Of a stretch of DNA of 64,000 bases, positions 48,462-57,170 are shown piece after piece. How positions within the stretch are numbered: the first letter of the stretch is position 1; the number at the start of each line of letters is the position of its first letter. The notes under the pieces are model-generated. The model ran no database searches. It was not told the DNA's origin and was given only the letters and a program-made list of their open reading frames with translations. The DNA is from an uncultured bacterium (GTDB lineage Bacteria; Chloroflexota; UBA5177; JANWHV01): positions 800,001 through 864,000 of the forward strand of contig CAWHAE010000012.1 in assembly GCA_963827235.1 (NCBI GenBank), written 5' to 3'. The position numbers and the translations under genes are program-made.

Positions 48462-49250
48462 CTAGCTGCTCAGGCTCAGGCCGCCGCCGACCAGGCCGGC
48501 AAGCTCATCGCCGCCCGCCATCAGCTCCATGATCTCCTCAACTGTGTGCTCGCCCCGATTGAAGGAGGCGATCGTGTCGCCACGTCGCAGCACCATGAAG
48601 CGGTCGCCGATCAGTGCGGCGTGGTAGGCGTTGTGGGTGATGAACAGCACCGCGACATCGCGCCGGCGCACCGTGTCGATAAGCCGCAGCACGGTGGCCG
48701 ACTCCCTGACGCCAAGCGCCGCCGTCGGCTCGTCCAGCACGAGCACTCTCGCACCGAAGTAGATGGCTCGCCCAATGACGAGTGCCTGGCGCTCCCCACC
48801 AGAGAGGGTCCCAACCGGTTGGTTGCCATCATTGACGCGGCGGATGCCGAGCTCATGCATTTGCTGTACGGCGATGCGGCTCGCGGTCGCCAGGTCGAGG
48901 CGTCGGAACGGTCCTTTGCCCACGATCGGTTCCGCGCCGAGCACGAAGTTCCGCGCCACGCTCATCAAGGGGAGTGTCCCGCTCTCCTGATACACTGTCG
49001 CGATGCCGCGCGCCCGAGCATCGCGCGGGCTGGAAAGGTGGACCACCGATCCGTCGATGAGCACGCTGCCCTCCGACGGTCGCTCGACGCCGGTGAGTAT
49101 CTTGATCAGAGTCGATTTCCCCGCTCCGTTCTCTCCCAGCAAGCACAACACCTCGCCCGGAATGAGCCGGAGTGACACGTCGTGCACAGCCGTCACACCA
49201 ACGTAGTGCCTGGAAACGGAGCGGAGCTCGACGACGGGCTGCTTTTCCAA
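48462..49250 (-). CDS. Sugar ABC transporter ATP-binding protein (single domain)
   Basis: GENGAGKS, LSGGERQ, LDEPT, ITH. Confidence 0.94.
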   Translation of the reverse strand: MEKQPVVELRSVSRHYVGVTAVHDVSLRLIPGEVLCLLGENGAGKSTLIKILTGVERPSEGSVLIDGSVVHLSSPRDARARGIATVYQESGTLPLMSVARNFVLGAEPIVGKGPFRRLDLATASRIAVQQMHELGIRRVNDGNQPVGTLSGGERQALVIGRAIYFGARVLVLDEPTAALGVRESATVLRLIDTVRRRDVAVLFITHNAYHAALIGDRFMVLRRGDTIASFNRGEHTVEEIMELMAGGDELAGLVGGGLSLSS

Positions 49251-49262
49251 GTTCGGTCCCTT

Positions 49263-50342
49263 CTAGGCGCGTCCTACAGCCAGCCGACGCAGGTAGTTGT
49301 TGGCCAACACGGCGAGAAGCAAGAACGCCCCGATGAAGAGCTGCGTCAGGTCGGCGTTCCAGCCGAGATAGAAGACGCCGAGCGAGACGATGCCGTAGGT
49401 GATACAGCCAAATACGGTGCCGATCGTCGATCCGTACCCACCGCCCAAAAGCACGCCGCCGATGACTGCAGCGGCGATCGAGGTGAACACGTACTCCGAT
49501 CCGAGGGTCACGTTGCCGTTCCTGAAGGTAAGTGTCTCGATAATCCCGGCGAGCACGGCGCCCGTCGAGGAGGCGACGAAGAGCGTGACCTTCACAAAGC
49601 TCGTCGGCACGCCCGCGGAACGAGCGATCTGGGCATTCCCTCCGGTGGCGAAAACCCAGTTGCCGAATCGCGTGCGCTGCATCACATACGTGGCAATCAC
49701 GGCAAGCCCGATCCACCAGAGAATTGAGACCTCGAAGTTCTTCCAGGACGAGGCGAAGACCGTGGCAGCCGAGCCGACCGGGTTTGCCGAGATACTCGAG
49801 GCCTGGGTCAGCGCGTTCGAGATGCCGAGCGCACCTCCGGCAACCATGAGCATCGAAGCCAGGGTCACGATGAAGGAGGGCAGCTTTGTCCAGACGGTGA
49901 TCAGACCGTTAGCCAGGCCGATTAGAGCACCAATGACCAGGGAAATGACGACGCCCACCCAGGGCGAGACCGAATAGTAGCCGCCACAGATAGCGACGGT
50001 GATGGAGGTTGCACCGACTACCGATCCGACCGAAAGGTCAAACTCTCCTGCGGTCATCAGCAGACTCACCGGAATGGTTACGATGCCGAGTTGCGCCGCG
50101 CTATCGATCCAGTTCGCCGTGCCGAGCTGGCTGAGAAAGCCATTGCTAGCCCCGAGAACAGCAAAGAAGGCGAATACGATGATTGAAGAGACCAAGCCTC
50201 CTGTTTCCGGTCGCAAGAGCCACCTGCGGATGATTCCCACCCGCCAGCTCTCCCCGTCCGGATCGCCGGATGCTTGCGGACTCGGCCCGCCGGGAAGAGC
50301 GTCGCGGGATAACGGCCGATCACCCAACTGTTGCACAGTCAT
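49263..50342 (-). CDS. Monosaccharide/inositol-type ABC permease (CUT2)
   Basis: GEFDLSVGS, LPSFIVTL, TRFGN.VFA.GGN..AR..GV, IAAAVIGG. Confidence 0.93.
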   Translation of the reverse strand: MTVQQLGDRPLSRDALPGGPSPQASGDPDGESWRVGIIRRWLLRPETGGLVSSIIVFAFFAVLGASNGFLSQLGTANWIDSAAQLGIVTIPVSLLMTAGEFDLSVGSVVGATSITVAICGGYYSVSPWVGVVISLVIGALIGLANGLITVWTKLPSFIVTLASMLMVAGGALGISNALTQASSISANPVGSAATVFASSWKNFEVSILWWIGLAVIATYVMQRTRFGNWVFATGGNAQIARSAGVPTSFVKVTLFVASSTGAVLAGIIETLTFRNGNVTLGSEYVFTSIAAAVIGGVLLGGGYGSTIGTVFGCITYGIVSLGVFYLGWNADLTQLFIGAFLLLAVLANNYLRRLAVGRA

Positions 50343-50442
50343 CCCTTCTTTGAGAGCAGATTCAGCGTGCTGCTATGGTCATGCCGGCCGGCGGATTCCC
50401 GATACCCATTGTCGGGAATCCGCCGGCGGTGTGGCAACAGGC

Positions 50443-51456
50443 TTAGGACGCGCCGAGAACTCCTGGATACTGCTTGCTGACCTGCAAAATCTTGGCGATG
50501 TTGGACTTGTCGATGATCGCAGGGCCAGTCGCCACCGGGCCAATGGGGGCCAAGCCGTACTTCGCGTACTCGAACGCGAACAACACGCCGTAGTAGCCGT
50601 CAAGGTACGGCTGCTCGTTTACCAGGAAGTCCAGGTTGCCGGACTGCAGATCGACGAGCGCGGCCTTGGACAGTGCCATGGTGCCGACGTGCACCTTGCC
50701 CGTCATGTCGGCCGCCGCGACCGCATCCACGGCATCCGTGCCGATCGCAGGATTCTCACAGAATACGGCGGTAAGTGACTTATGCGACTGGAGGAAGGCG
50801 CCGATGTCGGCCGCGACCTTCTGGGGATTGGTCGAGTCCGCCGAAGGGAGCGGCAGGTTAGTCGACGTGCCGCCGATAGATTTCTCGTATTGGGCCAGTC
50901 CGTCGCAGACTCTTGTCAGGTACGGGTTGCCGATCACGTTGATCACGCACACCGCGTTCTTCTGACCTGTGTCGGCAAAATGCCTCCCGGCTGCCTGTCC
51001 GACCGCTGGACCCTGCTGTCCCACGAAGCCGAAGGCCCCATCGGCCTGCCACTGGTCCTGACCGGACTGGTCTACATACACCGGAATGCCCTGGCTGATT
51101 GCTTGCTTGATCAGTGGGTCGACCACGCTGGTGACGAAGTCCCCGACCACTATCGCGTCGGGATGTTGCGCGATGGCCACCTGCATGGTGCGGGCCGACG
51201 ACGTGTTTATGTCACCCTCGTCGATTGGGATGTATTTGAAGGAGACATTGAGGTCCTTGGCAGCTTGGACGGCGCCGTTGTAGAGCGGCGGGAAGAAGTT
51301 GTCGGTGAGCGGACCGGAGACGAAATCAATCGAGATCGACTTGTCGGCGGCAGTTCCCGCGAACGTGGAGGAGTTGTATCCCAAGACCGAGGCAGCGAGC
51401 CCGAGGAGCGACACCATTGCCCCCAGGGCGAATCTCCTATGAAGAATCGAGCGCAT
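50443..51456 (-). CDS. Sugar ABC transporter substrate-binding protein (CUT2, class I)
   Basis: Signal peptide, D.FF..LYNGA.QAA, PDAIVV, EQPYLDGY, TGP..ID..N; GAAAGGGG RBS. Confidence 0.9.
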   Translation of the reverse strand: MRSILHRRFALGAMVSLLGLAASVLGYNSSTFAGTAADKSISIDFVSGPLTDNFFPPLYNGAVQAAKDLNVSFKYIPIDEGDINTSSARTMQVAIAQHPDAIVVGDFVTSVVDPLIKQAISQGIPVYVDQSGQDQWQADGAFGFVGQQGPAVGQAAGRHFADTGQKNAVCVINVIGNPYLTRVCDGLAQYEKSIGGTSTNLPLPSADSTNPQKVAADIGAFLQSHKSLTAVFCENPAIGTDAVDAVAAADMTGKVHVGTMALSKAALVDLQSGNLDFLVNEQPYLDGYYGVLFAFEYAKYGLAPIGPVATGPAIIDKSNIAKILQVSKQYPGVLGAS

Positions 51457-51619
51457 GTGGTCCCCTTTCTCGTGGAGAGGTACTGGTTATAGAAACCCAA
51501 CAGGGTCTGGCACCTTTGCACTGCGACCGACCGCTTTCCGCCCCCTCTTCGCTCCCTTCCGTGCACCGTGCCGGGCCGCCGGTGGCGACGTCAACCAACT
51601 ATCCCATCACAATGGGCCT

Positions 51620-51733
51620 ACAATAGCATTCATACGTCGGTCATGTCAATAGTCTTCACAAATACCATAGATGGCTGATACCTTCAGTCATAGATGCATT
51701 TTCTTGCATTTTCCAACTCATGGTGGGCATACT
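51620..51733. promoter_or_regulatory. AT-rich divergent promoter region with TGCATTTTC tandem repeat (candidate RpiR site)
   Basis: Minus strand TTGACA-18-TATTGT; plus strand TTGCAT-18-CATACT; TGCATTTTC occurs twice with a 10-bp period near 51695-51713. Confidence 0.5.
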
Positions 51734-51787
51734 AGATTACGCGATTGCGGTGATGGAGCCATGAGGAGTATATGAAATGAGCAGACA

Positions 51788-52672
51788 TTGGCTCTCGTAA
51801 GTACAACCGGCCGCGGCAAGGACTTGCGAGGCTGTTTGGTCGCGATCCGCGCCACACGCACGTCCCTACGAGCAGCCGAACAGCGTGTCGCGGACTACGT
51901 GCTTGAACACCCTGGCGACGTTGTCCATAGCTCGGTGACCGAAGTCGCACAGGCATGCGGGACCAGCGAGGCAACCGTCGTCCGTCTCTGCCGTTCGCTC
52001 GGCTATCGGGGATTCCCTGAGATGAAGACGGTGCTGACACGCGATCTTGCCCGTCTGGACGAGCAAATCGATCCGGCGGTGGCGCTCGCGCCGGACGATG
52101 GCGTCGATGCTATCGCACGCTACGTGTTCCAGGCCAATGTGCAGGCACTCGTAGACACCATGGAGCTGCAGCAGGCATCTGCGCTGGAGCGTGCGGTGGC
52201 GGCGCTAGCGTCAGCCGGCCGCATCGTGATGTGCGGTGTGGGTGGCTCGGCGTCGATCGTGCTCGCGGCGGAGCACAAGTTCCAGCTCATCGGCCTGGAG
52301 GCCCAAGCCTACAGCGATCCGCATATGCAGCGTATCGCCGTGTGCCGACTCGTTGAAGGCGATGTCGCACTCGGCATCTCGCACTCCGGCGAGGCGCCCG
52401 ACGTGGTACGGGCCCTGACGCTGGCTCGCGAGCATGGAGCCACGACCATCTGCGTAACTAACTACGCGCATTCCGCGTTGTGGCAGGTTGCTACTGTGCC
52501 GCTTTGCACGGCAAGCGCGGAGATCGACATCACGGGCAACTCGGTTGCCTCACGGCTGGCGCAAGTGGGATTGATGGATGCGCTCTTTGTCGCCGTGGCA
52601 TTGCGACGGCATGCCGCCAGCACCGCGATCCTGGCGCAGATCGCGCAGGCGAATCTCGCAGCAGCTAAGTAG
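51788..52672 (+). CDS. RpiR/MurR-family regulator (HTH + SIS)
   Basis: AEQRVADYVL, SEATVVRLCRSLGYRGF.EMK, GVGGS, ISHSGE, SRLAQ. Confidence 0.94.
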   Translation: MALVSTTGRGKDLRGCLVAIRATRTSLRAAEQRVADYVLEHPGDVVHSSVTEVAQACGTSEATVVRLCRSLGYRGFPEMKTVLTRDLARLDEQIDPAVALAPDDGVDAIARYVFQANVQALVDTMELQQASALERAVAALASAGRIVMCGVGGSASIVLAAEHKFQLIGLEAQAYSDPHMQRIAVCRLVEGDVALGISHSGEAPDVVRALTLAREHGATTICVTNYAHSALWQVATVPLCTASAEIDITGNSVASRLAQVGLMDALFVAVALRRHAASTAILAQIAQANLAAAK

Positions 52673-52701
52673 CACCGACGAAAGCGCAGGAGCGTAGCAG
52701 C

Positions 52702-54618
52702 ATGCCAGACAGCATAGTGGGAATCGTGCCGCCCCAGCGCGCCAGGGTCGACTATGTGGACTACGCGGTGCTTGGCGTGGCGGCATGGTCCCGCACCCTG
52801 CGCCAGGCCGGATTCACGCCGAACGTGCTTCGTTTGCACGCTTCCGCCGACCTGCCGAGGCTTTGGGACTGCCGGGCAGTTTTCAGCCTGGGCGCCGGCA
52901 TCTACCCCGAGTTGTCCGGCGCGCTCGTCGCCACCGCGATAGCCCAGTGGGTACGCCAGGGCGGCATCTGGGTGGAGATTGCCGGCCATTTCTTTCTCTT
53001 CGGCTGCACGGGATCCCGGGTCACCGTGCCGGGCCAACTCGCGGCAGACATGTTCGACCTCGGCGTCGACATGGTGCTCGGCATGGCGTCGTTGCGGACT
53101 ACGCCGGCGGGCAGGGCGATCCTGGGGGCGCTGGATCCACCGGCGACAGTTCTGGCTGCCAATCCCACGAGCAACTTTCGGCTCATGGTGTTTCCAACCA
53201 TCGATCCATGGCTCAGCCTGGTGGAAACAGACCGCGGCGACAGTCTCCTGAGCGTCAATCAGTGCGGCAAAGGGTACATCGTCCGCTGGGGCTCCGCGGC
53301 GCATCGATGCACGCGTCGATTTCTCGCGGTGGCGCTCGTCCGGATAGTGCGCTACCTGCTCGATGGTCAGTTCTGTGCTTCCGTGCCGGGCACTTTGCAG
53401 CTGGTCATCGATCCTCTGCTCATCGCGCGAGAGCGGTGTGTGGCGCTGCAAACCGCCGTCGTGAACACCTCGTCCGCCCCATACCCGGATTCCTGTCTCG
53501 ACGTCGTGATGCATTCGTCGAGCGAGAGCGCGGTGGGACATGCCACTGTCGGCACAATCGCCGCCCGATCCGCCCATGTACAGGTGCTGACGCTCGACAT
53601 GTGCCCGCGGGAGCCGGTGGATGTCGGCGCAGTACTTGCCGGACCGCAGATCACGCGCGGGCAGGCAGTTGCCGAGCTGCCTCGACGCCCCGGTATCTGC
53701 AGCGAGCATATCCCTCCACCGCGACGGCCTGCCGACTTCGCGCAGTTCTGGCGTCGCGCGCGCACGGAACTTGGGGGCGTGAAGCGTGACGAGGAGTGGT
53801 GCTGGCTGCCGGAAGCCAGTACGGCGCAGGTCGTCACCAGGCGTGTTCGCTTTCGTAGTCTTGGTGGCATCCACATCGGAGGATTCTTCTCGTATCCTGC
53901 GCAAGCTGCTTCGCCTGTCCCGGGCGTGCTGATGCTTCCGGGGTACAACGGCATGGACCAATTCCCGTCATGTAGCGCCGCCAGCGGGTTCGCGGTGCTT
54001 GGCATCGACGTACGTGGTGTGGGCATCAGCGCGGAGGACTTTCCGTTCGAGGGTGACGGTCTGCTCACGCGTGGACTGTTATCGCCTGAGCATCATGCAT
54101 ACCGTGGAGCGTTCATGGACTGTCTGCGTGCGCTGGACGTGCTCGTAGCCCAGCCGATGGTCGATCCCAACCGCCTGAGCGTCCAGGGAATCAGCCAGGG
54201 CGGCGGATTGGCTCTGGCCGTTGCGGCGCTCAATCGGCGGGTGTCGACGGTGGTTGCGGAGGTACCGTTCCTCTGTGACATCACACGTTCGGCTTCGGTG
54301 GTCGACAGCGAGCCCCTGGCCGAGTTGAATCGATGGTTCAGCGTCCATCCCGAGGACGGCGAGGCTGCCATCTCCACTCTCGCCTACTTTGACGCGGCGA
54401 ATTTTGTCGTCGATCTTCGCGCGGCCACGCTGCTGGTGTATTCACCAGATGACCAAATCTGCCCAGAATCGAGTATCGAGACCACGCGCGCGCGCATGCA
54501 GTGCCCACTTACGGTATGGCGACGACGCGGCGGGCATAGCTATCCGTTCTTGACCCACCACAGGCGTAGCGTTACCAGGTGGCTGCTCAAGAGTATGACC
54601 GAACAGCAGCGAGTGTAG
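52702..54618 (+). CDS. CE7-like acetylxylan esterase with a ~330-aa N-terminal extension
   Basis: C-terminal P.DF..FW, PGY, DVRG, YRGA.MD..RA, GISQGG, VPFLCD, YFDA.NF, DQICP, GH catalytic set. Confidence 0.87.
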   Translation: MPDSIVGIVPPQRARVDYVDYAVLGVAAWSRTLRQAGFTPNVLRLHASADLPRLWDCRAVFSLGAGIYPELSGALVATAIAQWVRQGGIWVEIAGHFFLFGCTGSRVTVPGQLAADMFDLGVDMVLGMASLRTTPAGRAILGALDPPATVLAANPTSNFRLMVFPTIDPWLSLVETDRGDSLLSVNQCGKGYIVRWGSAAHRCTRRFLAVALVRIVRYLLDGQFCASVPGTLQLVIDPLLIARERCVALQTAVVNTSSAPYPDSCLDVVMHSSSESAVGHATVGTIAARSAHVQVLTLDMCPREPVDVGAVLAGPQITRGQAVAELPRRPGICSEHIPPPRRPADFAQFWRRARTELGGVKRDEEWCWLPEASTAQVVTRRVRFRSLGGIHIGGFFSYPAQAASPVPGVLMLPGYNGMDQFPSCSAASGFAVLGIDVRGVGISAEDFPFEGDGLLTRGLLSPEHHAYRGAFMDCLRALDVLVAQPMVDPNRLSVQGISQGGGLALAVAALNRRVSTVVAEVPFLCDITRSASVVDSEPLAELNRWFSVHPEDGEAAISTLAYFDAANFVVDLRAATLLVYSPDDQICPESSIETTRARMQCPLTVWRRRGGHSYPFLTHHRRSVTRWLLKSMTEQQRV

Positions 54619-54735
54619 CGGCTGGGCTCCGCGAGACAGCTCGGCACCAGTGCTAGGTCTCCCGGCTGAGTCGGCACAGCGCCGAGGTTTGCGTACGCAC
54701 ATCCCTCGCGGAAGGGGTCGAGTCTGGCATTCCGG

Positions 54736-54775
54736 CTTCACAGAATCTTTACGCAGCCTTCAATCTAGCTTCACA
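54736..54775 (+). promoter_or_regulatory. Four direct repeats at 11-bp period (OmpR/PhoB-type binding array)
   Basis: CTTCACA (54736), CTTTACG (54747), CTTCAAT (54758), CTTCACA (54769). Confidence 0.65.
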
Positions 54776-55001
54776 ATCCGTAGGCATATTCAAGCCAGAC
54801 ACAGGATCCGGCGGCGCTTGCGACCGCAAGGAGCTGTGGCGAGCCGGGAGGCTCAGCTCTGCAAGACAGGCTTCCTCCTTGCTACGGCGGTGTGCGACGG
54901 CTACACTTCACCCATCGTCTGCCCACGAATGGGGCTCGGGGGCAGGCGATCGAAAGCGTGGCTGCGCACACCGCCAACGATTTTCACCGGGAGAATAGCA
55001 C

Positions 55002-55490
55002 GTGCTTGAACGCGCGTTGGCACTCGGCCCCATCCGCAAGGCAGGCCTGCTGAGCTTCGCCGCGGCTTCCATCATGATCGGCCTGGCAGGATGCGGCGGC
55101 AGCTCGAGCACGGCCACGCAGGTCCAGGCAACGCCCACGGCGACTACCGGTGCCGTGGCCCTCGCGGCGTGCGCACCTGCATCGACGGACGGCCGCGGCG
55201 GACCATATCCTGCCGCCGAGTCGAGCGACTGCACCGGCCGGAAGACGGTCGAGATCGACGTCGTGGACGATCCGAAAACGGTCGGCGGCTTCGCGCCCAG
55301 CAACGTCACGATAACGAGAGGCACCGTGGTCGCCTTCGTCTGGAAGTCCTCGGGCCACAACCTCAGCCCGTTCCACACGGACATCGAGGACACGGGCTAC
55401 GTGTTTCGCAAGACCTTCGACCAGGCCGGTAGTTTCGACTTCAGCTGCCAGGTACATCCCGGCCAGAATGGTGTGATATTCGTCCGGTAG
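55002..55490 (+). CDS. Lipoprotein cupredoxin (amicyanin/plastocyanin-like blue copper protein, Gln axial ligand)
   Basis: Lipobox LAGC31, Ser/Thr linker, F.P..VTI..GT.V, GHN (His119), F...G.F.F.CQVHPGQ.G.I.V (Cys149, His152, Gln155). Confidence 0.88.
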   Translation: MLERALALGPIRKAGLLSFAAASIMIGLAGCGGSSSTATQVQATPTATTGAVALAACAPASTDGRGGPYPAAESSDCTGRKTVEIDVVDDPKTVGGFAPSNVTITRGTVVAFVWKSSGHNLSPFHTDIEDTGYVFRKTFDQAGSFDFSCQVHPGQNGVIFVR

Positions 55491-55682
55491 CGGCGAGTGG
55501 TGGAGTATTGTATGCTAACACCACAGAGAATGGTCTGCTGGCGCCCTGACTCGACGTGAGGCCCGTGTGCTATGCTCGCTCACGAATACGCTGCGAAGAG
55601 TGACGGTGTCCTTGGCATTGCCGGCATTGCAGGCGAATGAGTAGGTTAGCGTGCTCGGCGATGTAGGAGGTGATCCAGGATT

Positions 55683-57110
55683 ATGACTCAGACTTGCGCC
55701 CGCTGTGGCCTCTTCCATCCGCAGAATGTGCCCTGCGTCTCGCAGGCACTGGCACTCGTCGAACCGCAGGATGAGCTGGCCGTCGACTCATTCCTGGCCG
55801 GCCGCTATCGTATCCTGCGCACCTTGCATCACGGCGGAATGAGCGTCGTCTATCTGGCGGAAGATACCCTGCTCGGCAACCGCCACGTGGCGGTCAAGGA
55901 GCTGCGTGTACCTCCCTCGTCCGGCGCCGAGGAGCGGCAAGAGGCCGAGGCATGGTTTGCCCGTGAGGCGTACATCCTCAGCATCCTGAATCATCCTCTG
56001 GTGCCCGAGTTCTACAGCTCGTTCCCTGAAGGAGGCACCAGCTACATCGTTCAGGAGTACGCCGATGGCGATAACCTGAACGACGTCGTGCGGTCGCACG
56101 GGCCCTTCTCCGAAGACCTCGTTCTCGACTGGGCCATCTCGCTCTGCGGTCTGTTGAGTCATCTGCACGGCCTCGACGATCCCGTGCTGTTCCGCGATCT
56201 GAAGCCGGCGAACATCGTGCTGCGCAATGCAACGTCGACCAATCCTGATCGCATGTGCCCGCTCAAAGTGGTGGATTTCGGCATCGCCCGGCATTACCAG
56301 CCGAAGACCGTGGGAACGGTGATCGGTACACCCGGCTATGCGCCGCCGGAACAGTATCAGGGCCTGGCGACACCTCAAAGCGACATCTACGCGCTCGGTG
56401 CGACGCTGCATAGGCTGCTCACCGGCTACGATCCCGAGCACGGCACCCCGTTCTGCTATCCCGCTATCCGCGCGCTCAACCCCCTGGTCACCAGCGAGCT
56501 CGCCGCGATCGTCGAGAAAGCGATTCGACTGGATCCGGCGCAGCGCTATGCCACGGCCGACGAGCTCGCCGACGCTCTGCTCGACCTCGCCTGGGAGCGC
56601 GGACAGTCGGGCATGACGGGCGTGGGCGCCCAAAGCGGTCACTGGTATCACGGCCCGTCGACACGATCGCAGCAGGCCTTCCGCTGGACCGCCCTCGTCG
56701 TCTGCCTGATGATGGTAGCGCCGGGGGTATTCTCGGTGCTGGCCGGCATGAGCGTAAGCTCGTCGAGCACGGTGCCGAGCTTTACTGACTATGCCTGCCC
56801 GCCTGCCTCGTCGGATGGCGCCGGTGGCCCATATCCCGCGCAATATCCGTCCCTATGCCTCGAGCAGTCGCAGGTCGTGATCCAGGTCGTGCAGGACGCC
56901 ACGCAGGTAGTGGGCTTTGCGCCGAGCAATGTGACCGTAAGCCGGGGCACCAGAGTGATGGTGGATCCCAACGACCTTGGCTGTACCGTGCGCTGGCTGC
57001 AGACAATGGGTGCCCAGGCGGCGGTATCTGGGCGGCTCACGCAGACGGGAGACTACCGATTTGCCTGCCAGCAGTTCCCGAACGTCATCGGGGTGGTGCA
57101 CGTCGAGTAG
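55683..57110 (+). CDS. Membrane Ser/Thr (Hanks) protein kinase with C-terminal extracellular cupredoxin-like domain
   Basis: GGMSVVY, VAVKE, FRDLKPAN, DFG, GTPGYAPPE, SDIYALG; one TM (WTALVVCLMMVAPGVFSVLAGM); C-terminal domain aligns with the upstream cupredoxin; AGGAGG RBS. Confidence 0.93.
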   Translation: MTQTCARCGLFHPQNVPCVSQALALVEPQDELAVDSFLAGRYRILRTLHHGGMSVVYLAEDTLLGNRHVAVKELRVPPSSGAEERQEAEAWFAREAYILSILNHPLVPEFYSSFPEGGTSYIVQEYADGDNLNDVVRSHGPFSEDLVLDWAISLCGLLSHLHGLDDPVLFRDLKPANIVLRNATSTNPDRMCPLKVVDFGIARHYQPKTVGTVIGTPGYAPPEQYQGLATPQSDIYALGATLHRLLTGYDPEHGTPFCYPAIRALNPLVTSELAAIVEKAIRLDPAQRYATADELADALLDLAWERGQSGMTGVGAQSGHWYHGPSTRSQQAFRWTALVVCLMMVAPGVFSVLAGMSVSSSSTVPSFTDYACPPASSDGAGGPYPAQYPSLCLEQSQVVIQVVQDATQVVGFAPSNVTVSRGTRVMVDPNDLGCTVRWLQTMGAQAAVSGRLTQTGDYRFACQQFPNVIGVVHVE

Positions 57111-57170
57111 GAGCCGGCATGGCAGATCAGCTTGCAGGGCATCAGGCTGCCCTGGAATGATGGCGGTCGC

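Noticed and set aside
52462-53961. 499-aa minus-strand ORF
   Set aside because: Antisense to RpiR and the esterase; Arg-rich with no recognisable domain.
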